Assembly (NCBI GenBank): GCA_002069975.1
Contig: MWCJ01000009.1
Coordinates: 848-64,847 of the forward strand
DNA length: 64,000 nt
Direction of reading: 5' to 3'
Source of the DNA: Bacteroidetes bacterium ADurb.Bin217
Lineage (GTDB): Bacteria > Bacteroidota > Bacteroidia > Bacteroidales > UBA1715
Shown here: positions 62,516 to 64,000 of the stretch, one piece after another
Layout of the letters: every line of letters starts with the position of its first letter
Position numbering within the stretch: position 1 is the stretch's first letter
The notes under the pieces: model-generated
Databases searched by the model: none
Told to the model about the DNA's origin: nothing
What the model saw: the letters and a program-made list of their open reading frames with translations, nothing else
Made by a program: the position numbers and the translations under genes

Positions 62516-63685
62516 ATGAAAGCAACAAACATTAAAGAAGGAATATATTGGGTAGGAGCTATAGATTTAAGTGTGCGAAATTTTCACGGATATTTAACCC
62601 AACGAGGTACAACATATAATGCCTATCTTATAATTGACGAAAAAATAACATTAGTAGATTCTGTAAAAGAAACTCATACCGACGAAATGCTTTCTCGCAT
62701 TTCATCAATTATAGACCCATCAAAAATCGATGTCATAATTTGTAATCACGTAGAACCCGACCATTCGGGAGCTATTTCGGCAATAGTTGAAAAAAATCCA
62801 AATGTTACAGTAGTTACTTGTGCATCGGGGAAAAAAGGTTTGGAACAACACTATTATGGCAATTGGAATTATCATATTATAAAAACAGGCGATACGTATT
62901 CTATAGGTAAACGATCGTTTGAATTTTTACTTACTCCTATGGTTCATTGGCCAGATAATATGATTTGTTATATGCCCGAAGAAAAAATCTTATTTTCAAA
63001 TGATTCATTTGGGCAACATTATGCAACATCTGCTCGATTCGACGATGAAGTTTCGAAAGATGAGGCCTTGTACGAAGCTAAAAAATATTTTGCAAATATT
63101 GTGCTTCCGTATTCTTCGCAAGTTTTAAAAGAACTCGAAGCGGCATCAAAATTTGATATTGAACTTATGTGTACCAGTCATGGTATCATTTGGAAAAAAT
63201 ATATTGCCGATATTGTTCAGCTATACAATACATGGGCACGAAACGTTACCAAGAAAAAAGTTGTTATAGCATACGACACTATGTGGAAAAGCACCGAAAA
63301 AATGGCGTACGCACTGTACGAAGCTTTTGAGCAAGAGGGCTACGAAATAGCTCTGCGAAATTTACAAGTAAACCATGAATCCGATGTAATGACCGACGTT
63401 ATTGATTCTGAATATATCTGTGTAGGCTCTCCTACATTAAATTCTGAAATGATGACTAATGTTGCAGGATTCCTAACATATATGCGTGGTCTTGCTCCCA
63501 AGGGTGGCAGAAAAGCAATTGCTTTTGGTTCGTTTGGATGGAACGGAAAAAGTATTCCGGGTGTTGAACAGTATTTGAAAGATTGTAATTATGATGTAAA
63601 AGCAGTATTTACTCATCAATACCGACCTACAAAAGAAGATTTACGAGCTATTACTCAAAAAACTATAGAAATTATTAACCAATAA
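62516..63685 (+). CDS. Flavodiiron protein (FprA / rubredoxin:oxygen oxidoreductase type)
   Basis: MBL-like diiron motif HVEPDHSG plus a C-terminal flavodoxin-like domain. I prefer the ATG at 62516. Confidence 0.9.
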   Translation: MKATNIKEGIYWVGAIDLSVRNFHGYLTQRGTTYNAYLIIDEKITLVDSVKETHTDEMLSRISSIIDPSKIDVIICNHVEPDHSGAISAIVEKNPNVTVVTCASGKKGLEQHYYGNWNYHIIKTGDTYSIGKRSFEFLLTPMVHWPDNMICYMPEEKILFSNDSFGQHYATSARFDDEVSKDEALYEAKKYFANIVLPYSSQVLKELEAASKFDIELMCTSHGIIWKKYIADIVQLYNTWARNVTKKKVVIAYDTMWKSTEKMAYALYEAFEQEGYEIALRNLQVNHESDVMTDVIDSEYICVGSPTLNSEMMTNVAGFLTYMRGLAPKGGRKAIAFGSFGWNGKSIPGVEQYLKDCNYDVKAVFTHQYRPTKEDLRAITQKTIEIINQ

Positions 63686-63696
63686 ACATATAAATT

Positions 63697-64000
63697 ATGA
63701 CAAAACGAAGCGAAGTATACCAATGTGGCTTATGTGGCAATATTGTAGAAGTATTGCACCAAGCAGCGGGAAAATTAGTGTGTTGCGGACAAGCAATGAA
63801 TTTGCTCGAAGAAAATACAAAAGATGCAGCTACCGAAAAACATGTGCCTGTAATTACAAAAATTGAAGGTGGTTACAAAGTTACTGTAGGCGAAGTATTA
63901 CACCCAATGCAACCCGAACATTTTATTGAATGGATAGAATTAATAGCGGGTGATGAAATATATAGAAAATATTTGAAGCCCGGCGATACCCCCGAAGCTG
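63697..64000 (+). CDS. Desulfoferrodoxin (2Fe superoxide reductase), 3' end outside the window
   Basis: Hand translation: [34 protein letters not shown]...EKHVPVI...[14 protein letters not shown]. It has a desulforedoxin-type Cys cluster followed by the SOR centre II start. Confidence 0.85.
   Translation, partial: MTKRSEVYQCGLCGNIVEVLHQAAGKLVCCGQAMNLLEENTKDAATEKHVPVITKIEGGYKVTVGEVLHPMQPEHFIEWIELIAGDEIYRKYLKPGDTPEA

Noticed and set aside
62322-62528. 68-aa minus-strand ORF
   Set aside because: It is antisense to the clearly recognisable rubredoxin gene at 62287-62451.
1-64000. tRNA, rRNA, tmRNA or RNase P genes
   Set aside because: I found no T-loop/acceptor-like GGTTCGAATCC-type motifs, rRNA-like conserved blocks or RNase P conserved regions. 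The GC-richer structured regions at 124-430 and 3976-4306 are better explained as repeat family members.

Overview
AT-rich chromosome segment of Bacteroidota type, probably from an anaerobe. Supporting signs are TAnnTTTG -7 boxes, type-A T9SS C-terminal sorting domains, FISUMP and SusC-like Plug modules, an IS4/DUF4372 transposase and O2-detoxification genes. Layout: (i) 1-4.3 kb is an accessory, cassette-like stretch holding a FISUMP tail, a class-II Fic protein, an IS4-family IS with a MITE-like derivative, and an orphan ORF. Each ORF here is followed by a member of one imperfect-palindrome repeat family, and the stretch ends in a REP-like hairpin cluster. (ii) 4.6-10.7 kb encodes a 2039-aa alpha-2-macroglobulin-like protein with an internal SusC-type CarboxypepD_reg+Plug module. 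(iii) 10.7-14.0 kb holds a GNAT, a small membrane protein, a Gp49/HigB-like toxin with an XRE antitoxin that looks inserted into a hairpin loop, and two paralogous small OMP-like genes. (iv) 14.1-34.6 kb is a housekeeping core (folE, fabD, dtd, mazG-like, rpsO-pnp, leuA-like, mpl-like, iorAB-paaK-ACT). It is interspersed with secreted GH5 and GH8 enzymes and a four-helix-bundle (23S-IVS/Avd-like) gene enclosed by inverted heptad-word repeats. (v) 34.7-61.3 kb holds a SPOR protein, a LytTR regulator with a 1495-aa TPR/PD40 sensor kinase, a PAP2-like protein, a GH74-like protein, a 3972-aa CotH/LTD/Big_2 T9SS protein and a divergent GH5-CBM32 T9SS protein. The 540-bp divergent region contains an IR-bounded promoter-like segment. 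(vi) 61.7-64.0 kb is a ferritin-rubredoxin-flavodiiron-desulfoferrodoxin cluster. I recognised no rRNA, tRNA, CRISPR array, integrase or reverse transcriptase. All family calls come from motif reading by eye, not database searches.
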